A stretch of DNA of 64,000 nt from an uncultured virus (IMG/VR IMGVR_UViG_3300012009_000259). Lineage: Duplodnaviria > Heunggongvirae > Uroviricota > Caudoviricetes. The notes below the pieces were generated by a model. The model was not told the DNA's origin and made no database searches. It saw nothing but the letters and a program-made list of their open reading frames with translations. A program made the translations under genes and the position numbers. Positions 55,500-64,000 of the stretch are shown here, in pieces; position 1 is the stretch's first letter, and each line of letters opens with the position of its first letter. Location of the stretch: IMG/VR virus record IMGVR_UViG_3300012009_000259. One strand, given 5' to 3'.

Positions 55500-55999
55500 T
55501 GCAAGTTAAAGAACTATCAGTCTTTAGGTCTATCGCTGATCTGCCTCGTGCTGGCGTGGCAGCATACGGTACTATACGTTTGCGTCTAGGAGAGCCTGAG
55601 CCTGCAACCATTTTCGTCGGCAATGAAGAGGTTGGCATCATCCTGAAGGATTCCTCTGATAGCGAACAAAATGCCCATATTAGGGTTAAGGTGCTGGCTG
55701 CGGGAGGTGATGTTATCCAGATGGCTTATGCGGCTCGCGGCAAAGCGTGTCTGCTTGGGGGCACCAAGTACAAAATGATCACAAAGAGAAGGGGCTCTCA
55801 TACTGTCATTATTCGTTTTATAGACCTACAGGATGAGGGAGAGTTCGCTGATGTCAGAGTATCGAGCACGATTTTTGACACCCCTGGAACCCCAAGACTC
55901 TTAATGGGGAGTGTAGTGTACTTGAGGATGCTTGAAAAAAAGGAGAAGATAAGGCTCGTAGGGCGCGAAGGGGAATACCCTAGGTATGTCTTACACTGA
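55496..55999 (+). CDS. hypothetical protein
   Basis: 167 aa; AGGAGG RBS. Confidence 0.6.
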   Translation: MMQVKELSVFRSIADLPRAGVAAYGTIRLRLGEPEPATIFVGNEEVGIILKDSSDSEQNAHIRVKVLAAGGDVIQMAYAARGKACLLGGTKYKMITKRRGSHTVIIRFIDLQDEGEFADVRVSSTIFDTPGTPRLLMGSVVYLRMLEKKEKIRLVGREGEYPRYVLH

Positions 56000-58600
56000 T
56001 TCACTATTAACGACTTCAATCCCCACATCGGGGGAGTAGCGTATAGAATACTTACCCCCCTCTTCAATCTCGCACACACCATGTTCAAAGATGAGGGGCT
56101 TAAAATAGCGCAAGGTGGGGTGGCGCTCCCATTTCTTTGGTGTGGAAACATTCTCCATCAGGCTTACAACCTCATTATGCCTGATGGAGACTTCGTTTCT
56201 CAGAAGACTTAGCACTTTTCTTTCTGAAAGAGGGGCTTCTGCGTTATATGGGTGATCCCCTTTTTGGTCTAGGTATATCTTCCCTCCTATCCTATGCAGA
56301 CAAATGGCCCGAACAGACTTTATAGCGTAGCGTGTGCTAAACCTTTGCTGCTTGTCCTCTGGACTTCGATACGGAAAAGACGATTCGTGGGGCAGAGCAA
56401 TGAGCGTCTCCGCAGCTTTCGCCCTTAATTGCCTTCTCCTGCTTCGCATTTTATTATAGCTGCTTACCCAGTACGCCCTCAGATTATCGTTAATGGATAA
56501 GTCCTTTGGTGGGGTAGGCATCTCATCGTATACATACTTCATAAGCCCTGGGGTGTCATCTGGTATAATTATCGACCTCCTTGATCTCATAATCAAGTAG
56601 GTTTTTAACAGCAGATGAGCATTGTATACGTGTACGTCCTGCCCGAAGGATATACCCCCGCTCTGAAAAGATTCTGGGTGTACGATATGAATTGTGGGGG
56701 TAGCAAATACTGAGGGTCGATCATTGGCGTGTCGATGGAGTCTCCCCATTCGCTGTATTAAGGTATCAATCGGGGGTACCTGAGTTATCATCGTATCTAC
56801 CGAGAAGTCTAAACTTTGTTCTGCTACTTGCGTTGCTATGAGGATAGCTCTCTTGGGCCTATTTGATGTGTCGTTCCCAAGAAGTCTTAGCACTCTCTTC
56901 TCCTTCTTCTGTCTTTTTCCTGACGGTAGTTTGGCGTGAAGCAGGATAATTTCGGGTATTTTGTCTCCATACATAGAAACTACTTTGCGGTAAGTGCTTT
57001 GTGCTGCCCTAACCGTATTACATATAACTGCTGCACACCCCCCATACTTAACTATGTCTCCGCATACATCGTATACACATTTGCTACTATCCTCCCACTC
57101 AATCTTTATGGTCTGCTTGCTCTCAACAGGTAAGGGGATAGAAACCATCTCTGTACTATTAGCGTAGGTAATCGCGGGATAGGATAACATCTCCCTTTCG
57201 GAGAGGTCAACTTTTCTACCTGTATATGAGTAGAGAATATGTCTCTTGATTGAAGGGGGTAGCGTTGCAGTCAAGATCACTACGGAAGACTCCATAGCCC
57301 TTAGCCAGCGCAATAGCCGGTAAAAGAGTGAATCCATATAGATGTCGTAAGCATGGACTTCATCACAGATCAATGTCTTTCGGAAAATGCCCCACATCCT
57401 AAGAAAGAAGTCAGCGCCTCGCATTGCGCCCTTCAACACTTGGTCGATTGTCCCTACCCCAATGGGGGAGAGTAGATTCTTTGCCCTCTTCTGGAACCAA
57501 TCATCCCCATCTTCGGGGCCTAAGTAGATTCTAGCCCGACTATGTGATAAGGTGCATGGGGTATCAGAACCTTTGTCAGACAATATCCTTTTCACTCTCT
57601 CAAACATCGCGTTAGCAGTGGACATGGTAGGCATAGCAATAAACCAACCCTGTTGCTGCTCTGTATATGCCCAATAGTTCGACAGGAAAATGCCCGCTTC
57701 TGTTTTGCCGCCTCCTGTGCGCTCCTCTATTATGACTATAGAAGGCTGTTCTATCTGCTTGATGTCGTTCTGCGCAACCCTCTGAGTAGGTCGTAGCGTT
57801 TCAAACTCAAATAACTCCCTAAACTCTATAGGCAGATCAGAAGATGACCACTTATCCCAACCCAATTTTTTCAAACTAGTCTTGGCCTGTTGACTCGCCT
57901 GGATGTAGTATTGTTCATAATTGGTGATCCTGCCTGTGTAGGGAAAGAAGTCTTCCTGGGAACCCACGACATCTGAAACAGCAACAAAACCTGCTATCAG
58001 AGCCAATGCTGAATTATGACGCTCTTCGAGCCACTCTGTCGGGTAATGCTCTGGCGGAAGAAATATGTTACGAAGTATAACCCCGATCTCACATCTCACA
58101 TCCCACCATTCTTGACTGCCTATTTGGTTTTCGGGTATCTCGTTAGCCTGTCTCTCTGTAGCCCAGACACCATGATGTGCTCCTACCGCATAAGACACAT
58201 CAAAGGACAGTTCCAAGGGGATGTTGCCAGTTGTTTCGGCAAGTAGCAGGGGGGCTACTCTCGCGGTGGCAACCCCGTGACGATAAGACTCTTCTGAATC
58301 TACGTCCAAGAAGGGAAGCCCCTGTTTTCTAATCTTTGGGGCCATAAAGGGAAGACGAACCTGGAACGCGGGGGTTGCTTTACCTATGTCGTGAATTGAG
58401 GCCCAAAAGGAGAGAGCGCGTCGGGCCTCTTGGGGGGCCATACTCAAACTATCCGCAAGGTACTTCCTGGTACTCTGCGTAAGAGCTATATCCCAGAGTT
58501 GTTCTGCAACAGCTCCTACGTCTATTAAGTGTGCCACAAGCGGGTGGAAGGTCTTTGTAGATGTCTCCCCCTTCCCCCACAGATCATATATCGCATTCAT
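55991..58600 (-). CDS. cas3: CRISPR-associated helicase/HD nuclease Cas3 (type I-E-like), orphan
   Basis: WGK..HPLVAHLID, HDIGKATPAFQ, AHHG, TGGGKTE, GTIDQ, DEVHAYD, TATLP, TQVAEQSLD, QRMGRLHRH. Confidence 0.95.
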   Translation of the reverse strand: MNAIYDLWGKGETSTKTFHPLVAHLIDVGAVAEQLWDIALTQSTRKYLADSLSMAPQEARRALSFWASIHDIGKATPAFQVRLPFMAPKIRKQGLPFLDVDSEESYRHGVATARVAPLLLAETTGNIPLELSFDVSYAVGAHHGVWATERQANEIPENQIGSQEWWDVRCEIGVILRNIFLPPEHYPTEWLEERHNSALALIAGFVAVSDVVGSQEDFFPYTGRITNYEQYYIQASQQAKTSLKKLGWDKWSSSDLPIEFRELFEFETLRPTQRVAQNDIKQIEQPSIVIIEERTGGGKTEAGIFLSNYWAYTEQQQGWFIAMPTMSTANAMFERVKRILSDKGSDTPCTLSHSRARIYLGPEDGDDWFQKRAKNLLSPIGVGTIDQVLKGAMRGADFFLRMWGIFRKTLICDEVHAYDIYMDSLFYRLLRWLRAMESSVVILTATLPPSIKRHILYSYTGRKVDLSEREMLSYPAITYANSTEMVSIPLPVESKQTIKIEWEDSSKCVYDVCGDIVKYGGCAAVICNTVRAAQSTYRKVVSMYGDKIPEIILLHAKLPSGKRQKKEKRVLRLLGNDTSNRPKRAILIATQVAEQSLDFSVDTMITQVPPIDTLIQRMGRLHRHANDRPSVFATPTIHIVHPESFQSGGISFGQDVHVYNAHLLLKTYLIMRSRRSIIIPDDTPGLMKYVYDEMPTPPKDLSINDNLRAYWVSSYNKMRSRRRQLRAKAAETLIALPHESSFPYRSPEDKQQRFSTRYAIKSVRAICLHRIGGKIYLDQKGDHPYNAEAPLSERKVLSLLRNEVSIRHNEVVSLMENVSTPKKWERHPTLRYFKPLIFEHGVCEIEEGGKYSIRYSPDVGIEVVNSESV

Positions 58601-58623
58601 GTTTTCCCTTTTGAGTCCTTCAG

Positions 58624-58687
58624 ACGGGTGGTAAGTAATGCAACCTTACCACCCGTTGTGAAGGAGGATGCCAGTCATAGACTGGCA
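58624..58687. promoter_or_regulatory. two perfect hairpins upstream of cas3
   Basis: ACGGGTGGTAAG/CTTACCACCCGT (12 bp) and TGCCAGTC/GACTGGCA (8 bp). Confidence 0.6.
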
Positions 58688-58718
58688 CCACTTTTCGTTG
58701 TGCTTTTGCACAACTAAC

Positions 58719-59606
58719 TCAAACGGCGACACCTCCCCCCTCTGCAAACTCCTGAACATAGGAGTATAATTCAGGTGTCTTGGTGAGGTCGCCATTACGC
58801 AGGCTATCCCACGCCACACGCCCCCTTTTTTTCGTTATGGGGTCAGGTTGCGAGATACTCACGCTCATTACGCGGGACGTTATCACAATCGCAACCTTGT
58901 CTTTTGTGGGGGGGGGAACTTGGCGCCATGACTGGTTTGTAAACGTAAAAAGAACTAAATCCCTAGCTATGGTCATCTCTCCATATTGCTGTCTCCCATC
59001 CCCCCACATCACTCTATTATCGCTTTGTCGCTTTAAGGTTCTAGAGTTCCTTACCACCTGGGCAAAAAGCTCTGGGTCGATGCGGTTTATTACTTGTCGT
59101 AGACCCTTAACCTGTGTGATATACCTTACGTTTTTTGCGGGTTGAATAGGCTCATCCACAGAGACAGGAGGGGGCCTCTCGTCTTTTCGGGGTGGCGGCG
59201 GTTCAGGCATTGGAACACTCCTCTTCTTGGCTTTATCTGTTGGTTGTAGCAAGGCAAAGATTGCCCCTTGCCTATCCCCGTTTGCAAGGTTTTTACGTGC
59301 ATCGGAAAAACGGTTAAATAGGGCCTTTATGCCCCCCTCATCACGCAAAATACCAGAAGACAAAGCCAGGCCTGCACTCGCCCCTAATAGTCCCACACTT
59401 GACACACTAGTAAGTGTTGATGCGACACTAGGGGATTTTACGAGAAGAGATGCCGCCCTGCCAGAGACGAAGGCAAGCCCCCCCAAACCAGTAGCCAGCA
59501 TACCCGCTGCTATACCAAGCATGTTTAGCCCCACCCCTGCTTTTACCCAGGACAGCAACATCTGGACATCTTTACGCTTCTTGTTGTCTTGCGGTTCCAT
59601 CCTCAT
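58719..59606 (-). CDS. membrane-associated hypothetical protein
   Basis: Gly/Ala-rich hydrophobic N-terminus, Pro-rich linker. Confidence 0.65.
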   Translation of the reverse strand: MRMEPQDNKKRKDVQMLLSWVKAGVGLNMLGIAAGMLATGLGGLAFVSGRAASLLVKSPSVASTLTSVSSVGLLGASAGLALSSGILRDEGGIKALFNRFSDARKNLANGDRQGAIFALLQPTDKAKKRSVPMPEPPPPRKDERPPPVSVDEPIQPAKNVRYITQVKGLRQVINRIDPELFAQVVRNSRTLKRQSDNRVMWGDGRQQYGEMTIARDLVLFTFTNQSWRQVPPPTKDKVAIVITSRVMSVSISQPDPITKKRGRVAWDSLRNGDLTKTPELYSYVQEFAEGGGVAV

Positions 59607-59871
59607 GTCTGATAGCCTTCTTATATGCTTGAGCCTGTATTTCGTTATGGCGCAGGTTGAAATATGAGAAAGAAAAGATTGCTAATAAGACAGATGGTAG
59701 AAATACTATGCCATAGCACCTGTCTACAGATACGGTCAACCAAAGCGAAACTAGTATCAACACAAGACTAATAGCAACAAGCGCCATTAGCATCATTGTC
59801 TCTCTGATAATACTATCTGAAGATTTAGCACTCTCTTCTGCCACCAAATTCAGTAGTTCCTTTTTATCCAC
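59572..59871 (-). CDS. 2-TM membrane protein
   Basis: Two hydrophobic helices. Confidence 0.6.
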   Translation of the reverse strand: MDKKELLNLVAEESAKSSDSIIRETMMLMALVAISLVLILVSLWLTVSVDRCYGIVFLPSVLLAIFSFSYFNLRHNEIQAQAYKKAIRHEDGTARQQEA

Positions 59872-59888
59872 ATCTTCTCCCCTATATT

Positions 59889-60140
59889 CTATACTTTAGG
59901 CCGTATTCTTCCGGCCTTTACTGCGGCAATCACGTCATTTATGCTAAACAGGTAGAAACCTTTCCCATTGCCCACTTTTATACTTGACAGCCTTCCGTCT
60001 GCTGCTGCTAAGCATATACAGGAGCGGGTTAATTTCAAGGCCTTCACAAGGTCGGATGTTGTCATGCGCTGCGGGTCTTCAGCGACCTGGTTTAGAGAAC
60101 TCTCCACACGATCTACTATGCCTTCTTTCGCTATGTCCAT
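59889..60140 (-). CDS. excisionase/MerR-like HTH DNA-binding protein
   Basis: MTTSDLVKALKLTRSCI..AADGRLSSIKVG..YLFSINDV. Confidence 0.7.
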   Translation of the reverse strand: MDIAKEGIVDRVESSLNQVAEDPQRMTTSDLVKALKLTRSCICLAAADGRLSSIKVGNGKGFYLFSINDVIAAVKAGRIRPKV

Positions 60141-60190
60141 AATAAAGTCTGCCCCCTTAATTGAGTGTACGAAACCACGACACAAGGCAA

Positions 60191-60219
60191 ACACCCATCG
60201 GCAGACATGGCAGTATAAT
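60191..60219 (+). promoter_or_regulatory. element-type promoter ACACCC-N17-TATAAT
   Basis: Exact motif upstream of the resolvase-like/primase pair. Confidence 0.75.
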
Positions 60220-60251
60220 AAGGCGTACTCATTCATAGATAAGGAGACGAC

Positions 60252-60722
60252 ATGAAAATCACACCCACACAAGCGGAGGAAATAGTAGCGACACTTTTTC
60301 AAGAGATTCCAGGCTTCGGGGAAACAGCCCTCACCTTCGGGTCTGGCTCTTTCGCGGGGGACGGAGATATGGTAAACGACCAACACACCCCTGTTTCAGT
60401 AAAGAAGACCACAACAGATCGTATCACTGTGAAAGCGTCATCCGAGATTCGGATGGCAGAGAAGGCGGGGCGTGAATGGTTGTTTGTGGGAGTTTTTACC
60501 GATGTCCTTGATTCTGATGACGCTATCGCTGTTATCTACATGATGACAATGGATGGCGCTGATGAAGAGGGTAAACAAACCTACTCCCTTCCCTATCCAC
60601 CCCCTAATACGATTGAAGAGGTGGCAGGAGGGGCAAAAATCCAGGGGGGACTAATTGGCGTTTACTTAATCCACTCCATGACAGAATTTGAGCCCCTGGG
60701 GGAGGGGACAGACTGGCCGTGA
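60252..60722 (+). CDS. possible Hjc-like PD-(D/E)xK-fold protein
   Basis: AEE..GSG..GDGD..VSVKKTT..ITV; the ExK Glu is replaced by Ser. Confidence 0.4.
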   Translation: MKITPTQAEEIVATLFQEIPGFGETALTFGSGSFAGDGDMVNDQHTPVSVKKTTTDRITVKASSEIRMAEKAGREWLFVGVFTDVLDSDDAIAVIYMMTMDGADEEGKQTYSLPYPPPNTIEEVAGGAKIQGGLIGVYLIHSMTEFEPLGEGTDWP

Positions 60723-61675
60723 GCGGTATCGACTGGACGAAACTGAGGGACTATCCTCATCTTGACCCGAAGGTCACCTCGAAAGGGAACCTTAAGGTGC
60801 GCTGTCCTTTCCATTCTGACAGAACCCCCTCGGCGGTCATTTTTCCAACAGGCTACTTTTATTGCTTCGGCTGCGAGACAGAGGGTTTCATACCGAAGCA
60901 AATAGCCGAAAAGATACTAGGGGGAGAGATTGCTTCTACAGGCACCTATGTTAAGGAGCAATTCCCTAGCGTAGATGTCGTAGAAGAACAGTCATTAGTA
61001 GTGCAAAAGGCTATACGATCTCATACTGGCGAAAGCCTGCTGGTAAGGTCTTTTGCCACAAAGAAGCACTTACCAGTGGATGTCGTTCGTACCTCTACGT
61101 TCCCAACACGGCAAGGGTTACTCATGCCTGCGTTCTGTTGGGCATGGGGGGACGAGCGATTCGACCCAGAAATACCTCCATACGCTGAGCATGATTATCC
61201 ATACCCCTTATATGTATGTGGAGCGCAGTATAGAATTAAAGACGCCCTAGCCGAAGACCCCGAATTGAAAGCCATAACACACGGCTTTAGGGGGTTTGGT
61301 ATGCCTGGGTTGCAATATAGACCCCGTTGGGCATGGGATGGCAAAGTGGCTGCCAAAAGTCGCTACATTATTGTAACAGAGGGGCCACAGCACGCCTATA
61401 AGTTCGCTGTGGCTTTAGAGGGCAAAGCACTTGCTCTATGTACCTTTGGAGGCAGCATATCGGGGTGGCAAGAGAAGGCAATCGAGTCTTTATCCCCAGA
61501 CTGCCTTCTTGTCGTTCAAGACTCTGACAAGTGGAGAGACTCTGACAAGCCAGAAAACAAGGCTATTATGAGAGAAGACCACGGATTAGAGGTAAATCTG
61601 TATCTTGACGCAGACCTGATTTCTCCCTTGGGCCTGCGGCGAGTTTTACAAAGTCTTGAGATTCCAACTCCTTAA
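60719..61675 (+). CDS. CHC2 zinc finger + TOPRIM DnaG-like primase
   Basis: CPFHSDRTPS..FYCFGC; IIVTEG; VVQDSD. Confidence 0.8.
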   Translation: MSGIDWTKLRDYPHLDPKVTSKGNLKVRCPFHSDRTPSAVIFPTGYFYCFGCETEGFIPKQIAEKILGGEIASTGTYVKEQFPSVDVVEEQSLVVQKAIRSHTGESLLVRSFATKKHLPVDVVRTSTFPTRQGLLMPAFCWAWGDERFDPEIPPYAEHDYPYPLYVCGAQYRIKDALAEDPELKAITHGFRGFGMPGLQYRPRWAWDGKVAAKSRYIIVTEGPQHAYKFAVALEGKALALCTFGGSISGWQEKAIESLSPDCLLVVQDSDKWRDSDKPENKAIMREDHGLEVNLYLDADLISPLGLRRVLQSLEIPTP

Positions 61676-62069
61676 CCCACCCCCGATAACAGGCGGCTGC
61701 CTTATCAAAGGTCTCTTTATCCTCAGACTTGGGGCTTTGTATCTTTAACACACCTGGTGGGGGGAGAGTTGTGCGCGGGAGGTTTTCGTACTGCCACGCA
61801 ATCAGCCACGGGCCATGAAGAACAAACCTCATGTCCCCCTTCAGGTTCAGCACATAACGTAGCCACTGAACCAGGGCTTCTATTTCCATGTAGAAGGGGG
61901 ACTTCTCTGCCATTTCTCCATCGCCCTTAGTTCTCTCAAAGGTGAAAAGAGTGGTGCTATCAATGGGATTCCTTTTTCCCCTTTGATAAGCTGGCACAAC
62001 CGCTGTTAAGTCTATATTCTTCCTACCGTTTTCAACATACGCAATTCCCTGCAATTCGATCACTTGCAT
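61566..62069 (-). CDS. hypothetical protein
   Basis: AAGGAG RBS; convergent overlap with the primase gene. Confidence 0.55.
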   Translation of the reverse strand: MQVIELQGIAYVENGRKNIDLTAVVPAYQRGKRNPIDSTTLFTFERTKGDGEMAEKSPFYMEIEALVQWLRYVLNLKGDMRFVLHGPWLIAWQYENLPRTTLPPPGVLKIQSPKSEDKETFDKAAACYRGWVKELESQDFVKLAAGPREKSGLRQDTDLPLIRGLLS

Positions 62070-62082
62070 CTTGATCTCCTTA

Positions 62083-63555
62083 TTATGGCAAATAGCAATC
62101 TTCTGGCATGGCCCTTTCGTGACTACTGCACAACGCCGATGGGTAGATAGAGTTTACCTCCCATGCGTCGGCACAAATCTCAAGTCCTGGTGGGCACTCC
62201 GAAGGGTAGATAGGGTCGTCTGACACAATGCTTCCCATTGTGGCCGAGAAGAAGTTGTAAGGTATACACCCACCACCGTCCCCGCTAGTGTAGTCCTCAC
62301 AATAGAGGTCATATAAGTCCATCCACGCAATCATCATGTCCCTATATGTCTTGGCCCCTTCAGGGTCAGAATACCCACCCCCACAGGCGCTTGCGAACAC
62401 GTCAGGAGATGGCCCTGTCTCAGTCATCACAAAAAACCTCATATCATACCCGATGCTTCTCCCATTCTCGTCTTGCGCACCCTGAAATGCGTCTTGGATA
62501 TGTGCCCTGAGTTGCGTGCTTTTGGCAACCACATCCTCCACATTCTGCATTAGTGGCCCTGTTTGGGGGCCATCGCATAGTGCGTCAATACCTTCCGCGC
62601 TATACATGTGGATGGTAACGATGGGTGTCAGAATAGGAGGGAGTACTTCCAAATCACCTGGCCCACCAACTGCCTCATCCCAGGCATTAAGGCGGTTCTC
62701 CATGAAGTATCTGACGAATCCGTCATAGTACTCAATCTCCTCATCCATGCTTGGCCCAAATGATATAATCGGGGGGACTACTAGCTTATAGTCTGGGGTT
62801 TTATATGTATCGTTGCTGGCGTCTATCTCGTAGATTGTGTTTAGCAGGTTAAGCAGCTCACTTGCTGCATATCTGCCCATGTGGTGATGGCCTGTCATCC
62901 CATCCCCCCACCCTGGAAAAATCTCCTCTATAATGCCGCTTGGGGGGGTTATGAGAGCAGTACTACCGCCTAGGCAGGCATCTCTATTTGACGATGTAAT
63001 GAATTCTATCTCAGAAGGGACTACGGTTGACATGTCCCAGTCCTGACAAGCATTCACCTCGTTAAGGGGCTGGAATATCTCAACCCCGTAATTTTTGTAA
63101 AGATAGTCCATAGCGTTTGCTACAGGCTCCCAACCTCCACCACTCAAGTTCTGGTGAAAATGCACATTAAACCTGACAATGACCTCCATCCCCAACCCAG
63201 TAGACAGGCTGATTATCTGTCCGAGAAGTGGATGATCATAGTCATTCGGCTCTATAAATATCAAAAGTGACTCGTAACCATGTGACGCCAGATCGCTAAC
63301 AATTTGAAGGCTACGCTCTTCGTGCCACCCGCTTACCCCAGGGTGGATATTAAAGTGAGCACCCTTCAGGTCGCTTCTGCGGCTTGAGCCGGTATCCATA
63401 ACATAAACTGGTGGCCCACCCTCTAGGTGAATAGTGCCAATATCAGTCTCACTTGCTTCAATATGTGCGTCTGTAGTAGACGCAAAGATATACACTGCTA
63501 TCAAAAATAGCAGCGATAAGGTTAATGTCTCTTTCCTGTTTTTCTTCTTGAACAT
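62083..63555 (-). CDS. secreted clan GH-A-like glycoside hydrolase
   Basis: Signal peptide; VIVRF, PLNEVN (acid/base), TIHMY, VMTETG (nucleophile). Confidence 0.6.
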   Translation of the reverse strand: MFKKKNRKETLTLSLLFLIAVYIFASTTDAHIEASETDIGTIHLEGGPPVYVMDTGSSRRSDLKGAHFNIHPGVSGWHEERSLQIVSDLASHGYESLLIFIEPNDYDHPLLGQIISLSTGLGMEVIVRFNVHFHQNLSGGGWEPVANAMDYLYKNYGVEIFQPLNEVNACQDWDMSTVVPSEIEFITSSNRDACLGGSTALITPPSGIIEEIFPGWGDGMTGHHHMGRYAASELLNLLNTIYEIDASNDTYKTPDYKLVVPPIISFGPSMDEEIEYYDGFVRYFMENRLNAWDEAVGGPGDLEVLPPILTPIVTIHMYSAEGIDALCDGPQTGPLMQNVEDVVAKSTQLRAHIQDAFQGAQDENGRSIGYDMRFFVMTETGPSPDVFASACGGGYSDPEGAKTYRDMMIAWMDLYDLYCEDYTSGDGGGCIPYNFFSATMGSIVSDDPIYPSECPPGLEICADAWEVNSIYPSALCSSHERAMPEDCYLP

Positions 63556-63571
63556 ATTTCCTCCCTGTGTC

Positions 63572-63600
63572 ATTATAGGGCGTAAGCTATTATAAGGTGT
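63572..63600 (-). promoter_or_regulatory. element-type promoter ACACCT-N17-TATAAT
   Basis: Exact motif on the minus strand. Confidence 0.7.
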
Positions 63601-63679
63601 CGGAATATCAGCAATTTGCGCATGTTCGCGTTTAGTAGACTATGGTGAAGGAGTAATCTATCAGTGAGGAGGATTTCGG

Positions 63680-64000
63680 ATGTGGCAAGGAAACAAAGTT
63701 ATACTAGTGGGGTCAGGTGAAAGGGATAGCCTGGAAGCAGTAGTTGACCAAAAGGTAAAGGTACTATCTTTCATACGCGCACTAAACAATAAAGGCGTCG
63801 ATGAAGATGCTATCTACTTCATCGGTGGGAACATAGCAGAGAAGCAGGCGATCTCCAGGGCTGCCGCTGAATCGTCCCACTTCCCAGTCTCGATTTGGGT
63901 CTGCCTAAACGACGAGGATAGACAGGTTAGGGGTCTCATGGAGGAGGGTAAGGTATTGCCGCTTGGGATTATACAGGTGCCACCTATTAACCTGAGACGG
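63680..64000 (+). CDS. partial hypothetical protein (runs off the window)
   Basis: GAGGAGG RBS; open frame MWQGNKVILVG... to the window end. Confidence 0.6.
   Translation, partial: MWQGNKVILVGSGERDSLEAVVDQKVKVLSFIRALNNKGVDEDAIYFIGGNIAEKQAISRAAAESSHFPVSIWVCLNDEDRQVRGLMEEGKVLPLGIIQVPPINLRR

Noticed and set aside
1..64000. Calling the window a prophage or virion-encoding phage region
   Set aside because: No terminase, portal, capsid, tail, lysis or integrase motifs were recognised; phage versus plasmid cannot be resolved from this window.
1..64000. tRNA or rRNA genes
   Set aside because: No cloverleaf with T-loop and D-loop consensus and no rRNA-like conserved segments were noticed by eye.

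Overview
This 64-kb window has no rRNA, tRNA or clustered housekeeping genes. It is packed with short orphan ORFs on both strands and looks like part of a large extrachromosomal element (megaplasmid or giant-phage-like). No capsid, terminase or integrase gene is recognisable here. The host is probably Chloroflexota (Anaerolineae-like), inferred from Pro/Thr-linker secreted proteins and a 'VYLPLTLK' motif. Recognisable modules: (i) a ~17-kb divergent Tad/Flp type IVc pilus locus (14.6-31.8 kb) with many small pilin-like genes, an atypical GxGD prepilin peptidase, a CpaB-SH3 fusion and a TadA-like ATPase carrying two N-terminal helix-hairpin-helix motifs; (ii) replication and nucleotide genes (D5/P4-type SF3 helicase, CHC2-TOPRIM primase, DEDDh exonuclease, PLD nuclease, long-form ThyX); (iii) a Cas4-like nuclease, an intact orphan type I-E-like Cas3 with no Cascade genes or array, and one CRISPR-repeat-like sequence; (iv) a membrane-anchored thermonuclease-LTD protein and a secreted clan GH-A-like hydrolase. 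Two non-coding signals stand out: seven dispersed palindromes (six ~85-100 bp, one degenerate) with conserved G-rich arms and variable centres, and a recurrent promoter (R)(C/A)ACCY-N17-TATAAT that replaces the TTGACA -35 box. All assignments come from reading motifs by eye; no searches were run.
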